A DNA stretch of 64,000 bases. It comes from Tubulanus polymorphus. Its lineage: Eukaryota > Animalia > Nemertea. The stretch lies in assembly GCF_964204645.1 (NCBI RefSeq), contig NC_134032.1:5444275-5508274 (forward strand), in the 5' to 3' direction. The notes under the pieces are model-generated. The model searched no databases and was not told the origin of the DNA. It saw only the letters and a list, made by a program, of their open reading frames with translations. This document shows positions 35,821 through 46,973 of the stretch, one piece after another. The translations under genes were made by a program, and so were the position numbers. Numbering within the stretch: position 1 is the stretch's first letter; each line of letters starts with the position of its first letter.

Positions 35821-38040
35821 AAGGGATTCGCCGCTGAAATTATGCGCCTATCCTAGGGATGGGCACCGCATCGAAAACAAGGATTCTGTATACGCCTTAA
35901 CCGTCACCCTTAATCGAAACACGACTCTACTAAACATTGGTAAGAAGAAAGTAAATGTTCTACTAGACACTGGTGCCTCTATTTCTTGTGTATCTCAAAG
36001 GCTTATTAATCAAACTTTCCTAGTCAACAATCCGCTTGGCCCGTCTGATATTCCGACACTTTCAGGTGTAGGTGGTGAGCGACACGACGTTGTAGGTACT
36101 CGGTTTATCCTACTTTCCTTTAATGGTTTGATTATTGAACACAAATGCTACATTTTAGCCGAGCTTCCCCATCCTCTGATTCTAGGCATCGACTTTCTTG
36201 ATGTGAGTCACAATTAATATTCATAACAAAACTTTCACAATTTTTGAAGACGAACATTTGGTTTTTCATTTGGATGCAAACTATGGATTAGCTAGGACTG
36301 TCAACGAGTGACAATACCGGCGAAATCCGAAATCACAATACCTGTTAAAATACGTAATTTAGTGAATCACAATGATGTATCTAACTTGCCGCATCGGCAA
36401 TGTGCTGAGCCTGCTGCTTGTTGAAACATTCTGATGGTTTAGGATATTATCTTCTTGCTAATCCAAAGGACAATCCTGTTTCTTTGCCGTCCAACACTGT
36501 TGTAGCCAACGTTTTTGAATTAGGAGACAGTATTTCATCACCAATCGGTGACTTCGAATGCCCCACGAATAACATTGAGACGCCAGTAGTTGCCAATTTG
36601 AACATCGCAAACAATACACAATCGTTCGGACCAAGAAAATCCTAACTGTTCTCGGAAGCCATTAGATTTTTCCCTCGAAGGAGCGTGGATCTCAGACGGA
36701 GAAAAATACCAATTACGGACTTTGTTAAGAATATAGTGATTTATTTGCGACTGAACTATCGTACCTCGGTAAAGCCACGGGTCGCGAGCATGTCACTGAT
36801 ACAGGCGATGCGGTTCCCGTTAGATCACGAGCCTGCAGGTACCCTCAGCCTATTAGACAAATTCAGGGTGATATGATCCAGGAGATGCGACAAAATGATC
36901 TAATCATACCTTCTCAATCACCCTGGAATTCGCCTATAGATTTGCCGTTGATTACAGAAAGTTGAATCAGGTCATCTCTCTAATATCTCATCCACTGTAT
37001 CGGTTTTCTGACGTATTAGATTCTGTTGGTGAGGCTCAGGCAACTATCTTCACCAGTTTGGATTTAGCTCAAGGTTTTTGGCAGATTCCTCTAGATCCTG
37101 AAACTATGCACAAGTCAACATTTGCCACCCAAACAGGTAGTTATATGTTCAAAAGATTACCGTTCGGTTTACAAAACGTCCCTATGAGTTTTCAGCTTAC
37201 GATGAACGAGTTCTTAAAGGGAAATTCGCACTTGTTTATATTGATGATATTCTAATTTACTCAAAATCATCCAAAGAACATTTAGAACATTTACGATTGG
37301 TTTTTGATCGGATTCGGGAAGCAAATATGACATTGAAATTATCCAAGTGCAAATTCGCGGTAGACAGTGTCCCTTACCTTGGTTTTGTTTTCACTAAAGA
37401 TGGTATCAAAGCAGACCCGGCAAAATCTCAAGCTGTTCATGACTTTTTTGTCCCCGAGTCTCAAAAAGAGGTCCACCAATTTCTAGGTCTCTGTAACTTT
37501 TATCGTAGGTTTGTCAAGGGTTACTCGAACATTGCGGCTCCACTTAACGGTTTGTTGAGAAAGGATAAACGTTTTGTCTGGATAGATGTCAATGGGCATT
37601 TGAGGAACTGAAGGCAGCTCTACGATCTCCAGAGGTCCTTATTTACCCTGACCCAAACAAGGATTTCTTTCTTAGTACTGATGCCTCCTACATTGCCATT
37701 GGATATATGCTTGGACAATGGGATGATGAAGGCCACGAGAAAGTTGTGTGTTACGGAGGTCGTTCCCTCTCGGAAGAAAAAAAGAAATGGTCTACCAGAG
37801 ACAAAGTGTTTGGCAGTTGTTGTAGGTAAACCTTCAGAGAATATCTCGCACATCGTAAATTTAGGATTTTCACGGATCATCAATCGCTTAAGTGGCTTCT
37901 CAATTCAAAACATGTCGAAAGTTGAATCGGACATTGGAATGCTAAACTTCGAGGTTACGCATTTGATATTGAGTACAGGCTCGGGGTACGCAATCAGAAT
38001 GGTAACGCTCTCTTGTGACGCCCCTACTCTGATGCCATTT
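35783..38040 (+). pseudogene. pol: Gypsy pol (protease, RT, RNase H), fragmented
   Basis: VLLDTGAS, ILGIDFL, LDLAQGFWQI, LPFGL, YIDDILI, FLGLCNFYRRFV. Confidence 0.88.
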
Positions 38041-38557
38041 CAAATGACGACTGTGACGAAGTTCCTTCACCTCACGATCTAGCTTGTATTTCGATACCTA
38101 ACTGTGAGCCATTTCTGGGGGTGTTTTATGTTGAAGAACCATCCCGTAATGACTCAAACATGGTTTTCGTTGTCAGGAAGATGATACTGACGGTGGCATA
38201 GAGGCCCCGGAACAATTTAGAGACGTCACAGATCCTTTCCCTTCCTACCCCTCATATTGAGAACCATCAACCCCAGAACCCGAGTTTACAGATTTCAGTT
38301 CTGGCTCAACAGCGTTCTGAACCGTTACAAGACGATAAAGACACCATGTCAGCGCCATTACTTCAGAGCTCGGTTTTGAAAGATGGTAATTGGGTAGAAT
38401 ATGGGTTTAAATATTCTGAGCCTCCTACGATTAATTCTATTAAATCTGCGCCCACTGAGGATGACCTACGGATAACTATCGAGTCCTTACAACGTGAGTG
38501 TCCCGATATAGTGCCTAAATTGCATATGATAAAGTTTCGAGAGGGCGGTGATCTACC

Positions 38558-38743
38558 AGTAATAGGGATAATGGGCTTTCATACCAAAGGTCGAAGGGTC
38601 GAGCTCGTAAAAAAATGAAAATAATAATTTACAGTTGAATTAGTCGCGCACACTCCTAATTCAACTGTAAATTATTATTATTTTCATTTTTTACTCACTC
38701 GCCCCTTCAACCTTTGATACGAAAGCCTATTATCCCTATTACT
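38558..38743. repeat. Left terminal palindrome (~186 bp)
   Basis: agtaatagggataat...attatccctattact with the loop tcgcgcacactc. Confidence 0.92.
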
Positions 38744-38823
38744 CTTAAAATATTCACATAAATGAATAACATTTAAATCATTGAACTTCTAAAATCAATT
38801 TTAATAAAAAATATAGTATTAAA

Positions 38824-39075
38824 ATGGAAGCAAATAAGTACTACTGCCCAACATGTAATATCGATATAGATAAATCCCAAAAAGCAAGACACAATAAAAC
38901 TATAACACATTTAGAGAATAAATTGAAACTAGAATATTTACAGTTATATTCAGAACAGTTAACAAAGGGAAAGAAATTTATTGAATTATGGAATAATGAT
39001 CCAAATAATGAACAATACGTTGAGGAATTTATTATCAAGGAATCGAAAGAACTTATCAAAAGCAGCGAGGAATGA
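38824..39075 (+). CDS. Small zinc-finger protein (TIR-encoded N-terminus + HNH-derived tail)
   Basis: CPTC...H...H; the tail LQLYSEQLTKGKKFIELWN resembles the HNH C-terminus. Confidence 0.7.
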   Translation: MEANKYYCPTCNIDIDKSQKARHNKTITHLENKLKLEYLQLYSEQLTKGKKFIELWNNDPNNEQYVEEFIIKESKELIKSSEE

Positions 39076-39152
39076 AAAAGGATGACGTTAGTCGAAGAAA
39101 TGGAAGAGGATTCTAAAATGTTAATCAATTTTAATAAAAATATGTATAATAA

Positions 39153-39821
39153 ATGGAGCCGGAACAACCACAAACTATCAATATTACAAATAACACTGGC
39201 GTTATAAACATATATTACAAAAAGTGTTCTAAATGTGAATTAGATAAATTAGCTTTAACAGAATTTAGTAAGCGTAAGATTAGCAAAGATGGTTTTCAAA
39301 ATTGTTGTAAAACTTGTGCTAAACTATATACCAAACAATACCGAGAAGATAATAGAGAATCTTATAATGATTATATGACAGAATACATGAGAGAAAAATA
39401 TAAAACAGATCTTAATTTTAGATTGAAACAATGCTTAAGGTCTAGATTAACACAATTATTCAACAAAGAAACACATTCAGAAACACTATCTAATCTATTG
39501 GGTTGTTCAGATGAATTTCTCAAATCATGGATAATATATCAATTCGATGATAAAATGAATATAGATAATTATGGTGAATACTTTCATATTGATCACGTGT
39601 TGCCGATTTCTAAATTTGACATGAATGATGAATACAATAAAAAACTTATTTGGAACTGGAGAAATTTAAGACCTTTAGAAAAGAAAGAAAATATAATTAA
39701 ATCCAATAAACTAGATTTACAGTTATATTTAGATCAACTGGATAAAGCAAAGACATTTGTTGAATTATGGAATAGTATTTCACAGAATCAACCGCATTCT
39801 GAGGTTTTGATCAGTGGTTAG
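39153..39821 (+). CDS. HNH-family endonuclease-like protein with an N-terminal Cys cluster
   Basis: CSKC...CCKTC and HIDHVLP...NLRPL...EN. Confidence 0.8.
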   Translation: MEPEQPQTINITNNTGVINIYYKKCSKCELDKLALTEFSKRKISKDGFQNCCKTCAKLYTKQYREDNRESYNDYMTEYMREKYKTDLNFRLKQCLRSRLTQLFNKETHSETLSNLLGCSDEFLKSWIIYQFDDKMNIDNYGEYFHIDHVLPISKFDMNDEYNKKLIWNWRNLRPLEKKENIIKSNKLDLQLYLDQLDKAKTFVELWNSISQNQPHSEVLISG

Positions 39822-40169
39822 AAAGCTGGCAATTCTATTTGAGCTTTGTATGTATATAATACATAGCTTTTGTTTACTACTAAAACATATGTTGCCAAAT
39901 ATATCTTGTTTTCAATTCTAAAGAATTAATTAACTTCATCATAAAGAACATCTGTGCAGAAGTTATTAGTTTGGTCGAACGTGCGCCACGTTAGCAGTTA
40001 GAAATCAACTTTCACATACATAGTACGTATTGGATATTCTCTCTCAAAACACAGTTTACAGTTCTAAATCTAAATGTAAGTACCGTTTTTTGTAGTTATT
40101 ATGAAGTAGGGAAACCTTTAAACATATTTAAGTACAGTAATTCATTTTCACGACATCTTTTAGATTAAA

Positions 40170-40632
40170 ATGGAATACAGAACCAGAAATTCTAAGCCAA
40201 CCAACGGATGAGGAACGATTGCTACTGGATAGTGAAACTCAGGAATCAATAGAAATGGAGGATGAAACTCTCGTAATTGACGAACAAACTTCACAAACAT
40301 TACAAGAACATTTGGATTATCATCAAGAAATGGTGAAAATTCTGAGTGATGTAATACATAATAAACAATTACCGCGCGAACTACAATTACCAAAATTACC
40401 AGCAACGCGACTTAAATTGCTGTTGGGACTCAAAGAATCGAGAACTAAGAAAATGAGTGGAGATATCAGTGCCGGTTTTGAAAGAAAACTGAGAAGAGTA
40501 GGTAGATTAATAAAATATGAAAAATTCAAAATATTAGGATTAGCATTTAGTGAAGTAGTAAGACATTTACCAGAAATTGAAGAAATGATTGGAAACAATC
40601 CAGTAATTAAAGAAATCTGGACAAAATTATAA
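40170..40632 (+). pseudogene. Hypothetical protein (MEYR), frameshifted near the 5' end
   Basis: ATG at 40170 is out of frame with 40219-40632; the intact homolog is 8976-9443. Confidence 0.75.
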
Positions 40633-40724
40633 ATTATAACACTGAAGGTCTTTGTAATATAGATATCAAAAATGTAATCTCGATTGTATATATATGTTTT
40701 AATATTGTATTGTTTACTGTTAAC

Positions 40725-40910
40725 TGTGTATTGCGTAATAACCGGTCCGATTGAACCGCTTTTCTATTGTTCTCCATTGTTCTACTATTGATCGTTGTTA
40801 ATGGCGGCGGTTGTTCTGTATTGATTGTTTACTGTTAACTAAGTGTTGCGCAATAACCGGTCCGATTGGACCGCATTTCTATTGTTCTCCATTGTTCTAT
40901 TTTCGATCGC
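40725..40910. repeat. Two direct repeats with palindromic motifs
   Basis: ttgcgyaataaccggtccgattgraccgc...ttctattgttctccattgttcta twice; also at about 8670-8885 (-). Confidence 0.8.
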
Positions 40911-41321
40911 TAAAATGTGTATAATAAATATATATGTTTATGAAATAGTAATTCCACCAGTCGTTTCTTTGAATTTATTTTCAGTTGAGGATTTGATATC
41001 GAGGATCCGAAATGACTTATCTGGACAGTTATAATTACTGCTCCTAATAGATAGACAATAGTAGTGAGATAATCTAAATCCTAATTTAAATAAAATATAA
41101 TAAAAAAACAATAACTTCAACTAGCTAGTGAATTCTATTAAATTTTTAATATTTTCTTTTCAAAAAGAGAATACTTTATATTTTGAATAGATTCAAATAG
41201 AAATTCTTTAAATTCAAATAGCTAGTATCAGTAGTCAATACTAGAATTCTTTAGCTTTAACTATCTAGTATCATTTGAAGAATACTTATAATACTATTCT
41301 TATTAAATTTCTCTAATATAA

Positions 41322-41927
41322 ATGACAAAGAAATCTAATAAAAATAGTATTGATATTGAAAAGACATTAGATGATTTGGGCATAAGTGATAATAATGATA
41401 ATGTGGCAACTAAATGTGATAATAAAATTGATAGTAATATTGATTACGAGTACTATTTATATTGTAAACATCATCTAGAACTATTGATTGCTGGCGGGAA
41501 ATCTAAGGACTTCTTAGGAAAAATAATAACTTTTCAAGAACTAGACTCTATGAAACCCGATAAAGTAATAAAATATTTTAAGATTTATGAAGAGTCAAGA
41601 TTAGCTAGAATAAACGACTCTATAAGTGATGGTATTGTCAAATGTTATTCAAAATTATGTAACCAGTTAATACCAATTGATGATGAAAATAAATTATATA
41701 GTGATTTGAAAAATGACTATTTAGTTATGACTGAATTACAAAAATGGGTTGGATATGCTTCATTTCAATTAGGATCGGTTATGACGTTGATTTCTACTGG
41801 AGTTATAACATTTTCGAACATCAAACCTATGGAATATAAATCAGGTAAGAACGAAACAGATGTACTACAACAAAACATCGAAACAGAAAATGAATCAGAA
41901 CAAAAATTAACTAAAATAAATGAGTGA
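41322..41927 (+). CDS. Conserved Polinton protein with a C-proximal hydrophobic segment
   Basis: Conserved in three copies; LGSVMTLISTGVITFS. Confidence 0.8.
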   Translation: MTKKSNKNSIDIEKTLDDLGISDNNDNVATKCDNKIDSNIDYEYYLYCKHHLELLIAGGKSKDFLGKIITFQELDSMKPDKVIKYFKIYEESRLARINDSISDGIVKCYSKLCNQLIPIDDENKLYSDLKNDYLVMTELQKWVGYASFQLGSVMTLISTGVITFSNIKPMEYKSGKNETDVLQQNIETENESEQKLTKINE

Positions 41928-42291
41928 TGGAGTTAAGAAAAAGGCTAGATCCGAGAAACAAATTAAATGGGCAAGAGAATTAGGTAAAAGATCTTCAGAA
42001 TTAAAAAAAGCTAAGAAAAAGAAATTAACTGATATAAATGAATCTGATGGTGCCGTACGGCACCCACACGGTGGTATTGATTCAAATAATAATCCATCTA
42101 ATTCTTCTAATGCTGGAAGTAATTATAAATTATATATTACAATTGGATTAGTAACAGTTATTATATTATCCGGTGTAATATATAAATCAAAATTCAAATC
42201 CGATGATAAAGATGATTCTAATGATAATAAACCCATCATACCAGAAAATAAATCAAATGAAAATAAATCTAAAATATTATTAATGGATTAA
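41920..42291 (+). CDS. Basic, single-TM protein containing a 27-bp palindromic insertion
   Basis: LYITIGLVTVIILSGVIY TM segment; GAVRHPHGG insert. Confidence 0.75.
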   Translation: MSDGVKKKARSEKQIKWARELGKRSSELKKAKKKKLTDINESDGAVRHPHGGIDSNNNPSNSSNAGSNYKLYITIGLVTVIILSGVIYKSKFKSDDKDDSNDNKPIIPENKSNENKSKILLMD

Positions 42292-42294
42292 AAT

Positions 42295-43383
42295 ATGATG
42301 AAAAAAGAACAATATTTAAGAGAGTTATATTATAACCCAGAAAGTGAAGTATCATATTCAAGTGTTTCGGAATTATGGGATAAAATTAAATCTGATAAAG
42401 AAAAAATAAAATATAGTGAATTAAAATCATGGTTACAAAATCAACCCACATATCAAATTCATAAAAAGATGGATAAAAAATATTTAACAAGAAAAGTTAT
42501 GGTTTCATATATCGATCAGCAATGGCAAGCAGATTTAATTGACATGAAAAACTAAGAAGAATATAACAAAGGATATTTTTGGATACTGAATGTTATAGAT
42601 ATATTCAGTAGATACGCATGGAGTATCTCGATTAAAAATAAAACCGGTATAGAAGTAACAAATGCTTTTAAATCTATATTTAAAGAAGCTATTCCAGATA
42701 AAATACAATTTGATGAAGGTAAAGAATTTTATAACAAACATTTTAAAAAACTATTATCTGATAACGATGTAGAATATTTTTCAACACATTCAGATAAAAA
42801 AGCATCTGTTATAGAAAGATTTAATAAAACATTGAAAACTAGAATGTGGAAATATTTCACCGCTAATGAAACATATAAATATATCGATGTGTTAGATGAT
42901 TTAGTTAAAGGTTATAATAATTCTAAACATAGTTCTATAAATATGAAACCTATACAAGCTAGAAAAGAAGAAAATTCAGAAATAGTTTGGAATAATTTAT
43001 ATGGAGCATTTGTTACACATGATTTTGGAGAACCTAAATTTAAAATAGGACAACATGTTAGAATTTCTAAATATCGAAAAACATTTTATAAAGGTTATAC
43101 CCCTAATTTTACAGAAGAAATATTTAAAATTAAAAAGATAATATTAACTAAACCATTTGTTTATAAATTGTTTGATTTAAAAGATGAAGAAATATTAGGT
43201 TATTTTTATGAACAAGAATTATCATTAGTACCAAATCCAGATGAAATAGAATACAAAATAGAAAAGGTATCGAAAACAAAAACTCTTAAAGGAAAAAAGT
43301 ATTCTTTGGTGAAATATAAAGGATATGATGATAAATTTAATGAATGGATTTTATCTAGTAAAATTAAAAGAATAAATGAATAA
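42295..43383 (+). pseudogene. INT: rve/DDE integrase with a C-terminal chromodomain; in-frame nonsense at 42553-42555
   Basis: WQADL, FDEGKEF, ERFNKT, YN-x3-HSSI, YKIEK...VKYKGY...NEW. TTA>TAA relative to copy C. Confidence 0.92.
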
Positions 43384-43990
43384 AGATTTATTTATATTTG
43401 AACCGCATAATATGTTAATAACTGGAGTAACCAATTGTGGTAAAACACATTTCATATTAGATTTATTAGTAACTATTTATAAAAATCATTTTGATAATAT
43501 AATATTATTCTGTCCTACATATGAAATGAATAAAACATATAATAGAGATATAGTTTTTAAAGATAAAAAGTTTATTATATTAAATTCTAAAACAGTAAAA
43601 GAAAATTTAGATAATTGTATAAAAATAACAATTGATATTCATAAAGGATCAAATACATTATTTATTATTGATGATTGCGCAAATTTACATGATTCTAAAA
43701 TTAGAGAAAGTGAGTTATGTTATTTAGCTTTCTCTGGTAGACATTTTGGGATAACAACTTGGGTTTTAAATCAGAAATATAATTCAATTGTGAAAGATTT
43801 TAGAGAGAATATAAGATTTCTAGTTTTATTCTACAACAAAGATAAAAAATCTATGCAACAATCATTGGAAGAAAATCAAATTATACCTACTGAATTACAT
43901 GATGAATATATGAATAAATTAAAAAATAATAAAGGATCCAAATTACTTATGAGATTACAATTTCCATATGAATATAAATTTATAAAATAA
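43376..43990 (+). CDS. A32/FtsK-like DNA packaging ATPase
   Basis: Walker A GVTNCGKT, Walker B FIIDD, SGRH arginine finger, NQ motif. Confidence 0.92.
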   Translation: MNKDLFIFEPHNMLITGVTNCGKTHFILDLLVTIYKNHFDNIILFCPTYEMNKTYNRDIVFKDKKFIILNSKTVKENLDNCIKITIDIHKGSNTLFIIDDCANLHDSKIRESELCYLAFSGRHFGITTWVLNQKYNSIVKDFRENIRFLVLFYNKDKKSMQQSLEENQIIPTELHDEYMNKLKNNKGSKLLMRLQFPYEYKFIK

Positions 43991-44006
43991 AATCCTAATT
44001 CAAAAT

Positions 44007-44567
44007 ATTATAGAATTCGCTGTATATTGATGGATGAGTGGATGAATTGGATGAATTGGATGAGTGGATGAATGGAAGAGTGAAATAATATATAATTTAC
44101 ATATGTTTTTTATTTTTAAAACAGTAAGAGTTTGATTTGAAGATGTCATATAATAATAAATATATTTTTATAAAATAATAAAATGACAGATAATAAATGT
44201 CATATAATAATAAATATATTTTTATAAAATAATAAATAATAAAATGATAAATAATAAAATGATAAATAATAAATATATTTTTATAAAATAATAAATAATA
44301 AAATGATAAATAATAAATATCATATAATAATAAATAATAAATATCATATAATAATAAATAATAAATGTCATATAATAATAAATATATATTGTGTTAAATT
44401 TAATAAAGAATAAAAATATTATATTTATACTCATACTATTCTTCCAATTTATGTGTTAAAAAGTAAAATATATATATTATTATACTCATTCACTCTTCCA
44501 CTCATCCAATTCATCCAACTCTTCCAACTCATCCATTCATCCATCAATATACAGTGAATTCTATAAT
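44007..44567. repeat. Central inverted repeat enclosing AT-rich tandem repeats, between the convergent gene arms
   Basis: attatagaattcgctgtatattgatggatga... / ...tcatccatcaatatacagtgaattctataat. Confidence 0.88.
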
Positions 44568-44571
44568 CTTT

Positions 44572-45639
44572 TTAATTTTCATTTTCATATTTTTCTTTAA
44601 GCTTATTATATTCTAAATATATATCCCTTTCCATTTTATTTGGTATAATTCCTGAACGATTCCCAAGTTTATATTTATAGAATTTTGCTCTTGAAAATAT
44701 TTTTGGAATATAATTTTCGATTTCAGTTTTAGATGGATGTTTATTTAAAAATTCTCTAAAATCATCATATTTAAGTTCAAATAACTTCATTGCATAACTT
44801 ACATTTGGTTTAAAGTTATCTAACTTTTTCAATATGGTAACTATATCATTACTCGAGAAATAATCTATAAATGTTTTTCTATACCACCGATAATCTAATA
44901 TATTATTATTATTAAATTTTGAATTTATAACTCTTGGATCTTCTATTACATTATCTGTACCAATATGTTTAATTGAGTATTTATGATTCAATTGTTTATC
45001 ATATATTACATATTCTTTACATTTTTCACACCAAGATTTAAATACTTTTATTGCATGGGCTGAATCATTTCCACTTTTTGTTTTTAATTTATAATGTTTT
45101 GCCCAATTAGCCTTTGTTATACATTCATTACAGAAAGCACAATAATTCTGATCCTCTTTACATTTATCTTTATATATATTAGCATATGTTTTTACTAATT
45201 GTAAAATATGTTCATCTTTTTTGATGTGTAATAAATAATCATTATAATTATCAAAATCTTCTTCACAATACATACATCTGATGTTATCTTTTGGTTGAAC
45301 ATTTGATTTTTCTATTTTAGGTTCAATATTATGTTCTATTTTAGGTTCAATATTATCATCATTCGATGTAGAAGGTATAACATTATCTTCTATTTTAGGT
45401 TCAATATTATTTTCTATTTTAGTTTCAATATTATCTTTTATTTTAGGTTCAATATTATCTTCTTTTTTTATATCAATATTATTATTACGTTCAATTAAAT
45501 ATTCTTTGTATTGATTTAATTCATTTAATAAAAATGTTCCAATATATTCATTTATTCTTTTATAAGGTATTACATAATACAAATCATCATTGATTTCTTT
45601 ATCAGCTTTGATTCTTTCATATACTTTACCTCCTTCCAT
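44572..45639 (-). CDS. Multi-zinc-finger protein with IEPKIEDN repeats
   Basis: CMYC...H...H, CAFC...H, CEKC...H...H; 24-bp tandem units. Confidence 0.8.
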   Translation of the reverse strand: MEGGKVYERIKADKEINDDLYYVIPYKRINEYIGTFLLNELNQYKEYLIERNNNIDIKKEDNIEPKIKDNIETKIENNIEPKIEDNVIPSTSNDDNIEPKIEHNIEPKIEKSNVQPKDNIRCMYCEEDFDNYNDYLLHIKKDEHILQLVKTYANIYKDKCKEDQNYCAFCNECITKANWAKHYKLKTKSGNDSAHAIKVFKSWCEKCKEYVIYDKQLNHKYSIKHIGTDNVIEDPRVINSKFNNNNILDYRWYRKTFIDYFSSNDIVTILKKLDNFKPNVSYAMKLFELKYDDFREFLNKHPSKTEIENYIPKIFSRAKFYKYKLGNRSGIIPNKMERDIYLEYNKLKEKYENEN

Positions 45640-45671
45640 TTATTATATATATTTTTATTAAAGTTAAAATT

Positions 45672-46919
45672 TTAATACATAACACTATCTAATTGTGAAT
45701 TTACAATATTTAATTGCGCGTCAGATATAATATAAATGTGCATTTTAAAATTTTTAATTCCTTTTTTCTTTGTCATGAATAATTGTATTCCATCTTTAGT
45801 GTTTTGTAGTTTTTTTCCAGAACCATGTAATGAATTATCTTCAGTTGTTCTAAAATCTAACCATAATGCATATTTATTACCGGTATAATAATCAATTTGA
45901 TTAATGTTACAATTTTCAAATGATTTTATTTTTTCATTCATAAAATGTTTTCTAATTTCTACCCATTGATCTATCATTCTCATTCCTTGACAAAATATTT
46001 TATTCGCTATTCCTTCGATAGTTATTTCTACTTTTGTTATTTCAGGATTATAATAATTGTCAACATTTATTGCACCATTAGTATACGTTCCAATGGTAAA
46101 AAATATTAATATACCTTTAATAGATCTTCTAGGGAAGTTAATATTCTCATTTATTATTTCATCATTTGCATTAATAGTTACAGTTTTAAATTTATCAATA
46201 TAATCATATAATAATGAAAATCCTTGATTGTATTGAGTTTGAATTGTGCTAGCAATATTTTCATCAGTTACTGTATCATATTCTAAACATATATTCGATA
46301 ATTTATAACTCATATCTTTAACAACGCTAGATAATACAATTTCATTTACAGGAGCAAATGTTATCTCAAATATAACGTCTTCTTGAATTGCGTATTTATA
46401 TAAAGGTGCATTATTATTTATCAATTCAAAGTCTAATGGAATTTTATATTTGCTTCCATATATACTTTTTATCAATTTATCTACATCATTTGTTAATATT
46501 GCGCTATTAGCTTCTGATCTTAATTTATTTTGGTTTTCTGATTGGATGCCTTGAAATATCATATTATTTCTATTTTCTTTAGTTAACCATAAATCTTTAT
46601 AATGCATAAATAAATTATAATCATCTAATGAGAAAACTGTTTCCGGACCAATCTTTATTGTTAACTTTTTAATCAAATATCTTCCAACATTATCAACGAC
46701 ATAATTATTATTATTACCGGTTACTTTTATATCAGCTGATAAATAAATACTATTTGGAACATAAAAAGTATTTTGTGTTAATCTCGGAATTGTAACGTAT
46801 AAAGTTTCATCGGGATTAATATTTGAAGGGTTATGAGTAATTATATGATGTGATCTTTCTGCTTTAATAGCATTAGATATTCTATGATTCTTAGAAGGAT
46901 TGATATAACTCCCACTCAT
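45672..46919 (-). CDS. Putative major capsid protein (double jelly-roll)
   Basis: 415-aa beta-rich protein conserved in all copies. Size and context fit a Polinton MCP; recognised by pattern, not by search. Confidence 0.75.
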   Translation of the reverse strand: MSGSYINPSKNHRISNAIKAERSHHIITHNPSNINPDETLYVTIPRLTQNTFYVPNSIYLSADIKVTGNNNNYVVDNVGRYLIKKLTIKIGPETVFSLDDYNLFMHYKDLWLTKENRNNMIFQGIQSENQNKLRSEANSAILTNDVDKLIKSIYGSKYKIPLDFELINNNAPLYKYAIQEDVIFEITFAPVNEIVLSSVVKDMSYKLSNICLEYDTVTDENIASTIQTQYNQGFSLLYDYIDKFKTVTINANDEIINENINFPRRSIKGILIFFTIGTYTNGAINVDNYYNPEITKVEITIEGIANKIFCQGMRMIDQWVEIRKHFMNEKIKSFENCNINQIDYYTGNKYALWLDFRTTEDNSLHGSGKKLQNTKDGIQLFMTKKKGIKNFKMHIYIISDAQLNIVNSQLDSVMY

Positions 46920-46973
46920 TTATTTAACAAAAAAATTAATTATTTATTTATTGATATTTTTTGATATCATGGT

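Larger units (their letters stand above)
33580..38557 (+). mobile_element. Decayed Ty3/Gypsy LTR retrotransposon, 5' part (LTR, gag, PR, RT, RNase H), interrupted by a Polinton before the integrase
   Basis: PBS, gag, DTGA protease and YIDD RT in Gypsy order. The LTR start (TGTCAT at 33580) is tentative. Confidence 0.85.

Noticed and set aside
38552-38557. TSD for the complete Polinton copy A
   Set aside because: tctacc does not match gttatc at 56841; explained by the inversion model.
38346-38618. ORFs ending in VIG(V/I)(I/M)GFHTKGR (also 2147-2536)
   Set aside because: The shared tail is read-through into the Polinton terminus, not a protein domain.
44222-44434. Hydrophobic 70-aa ORF
   Set aside because: It is the translation of AT-rich tandem repeats.
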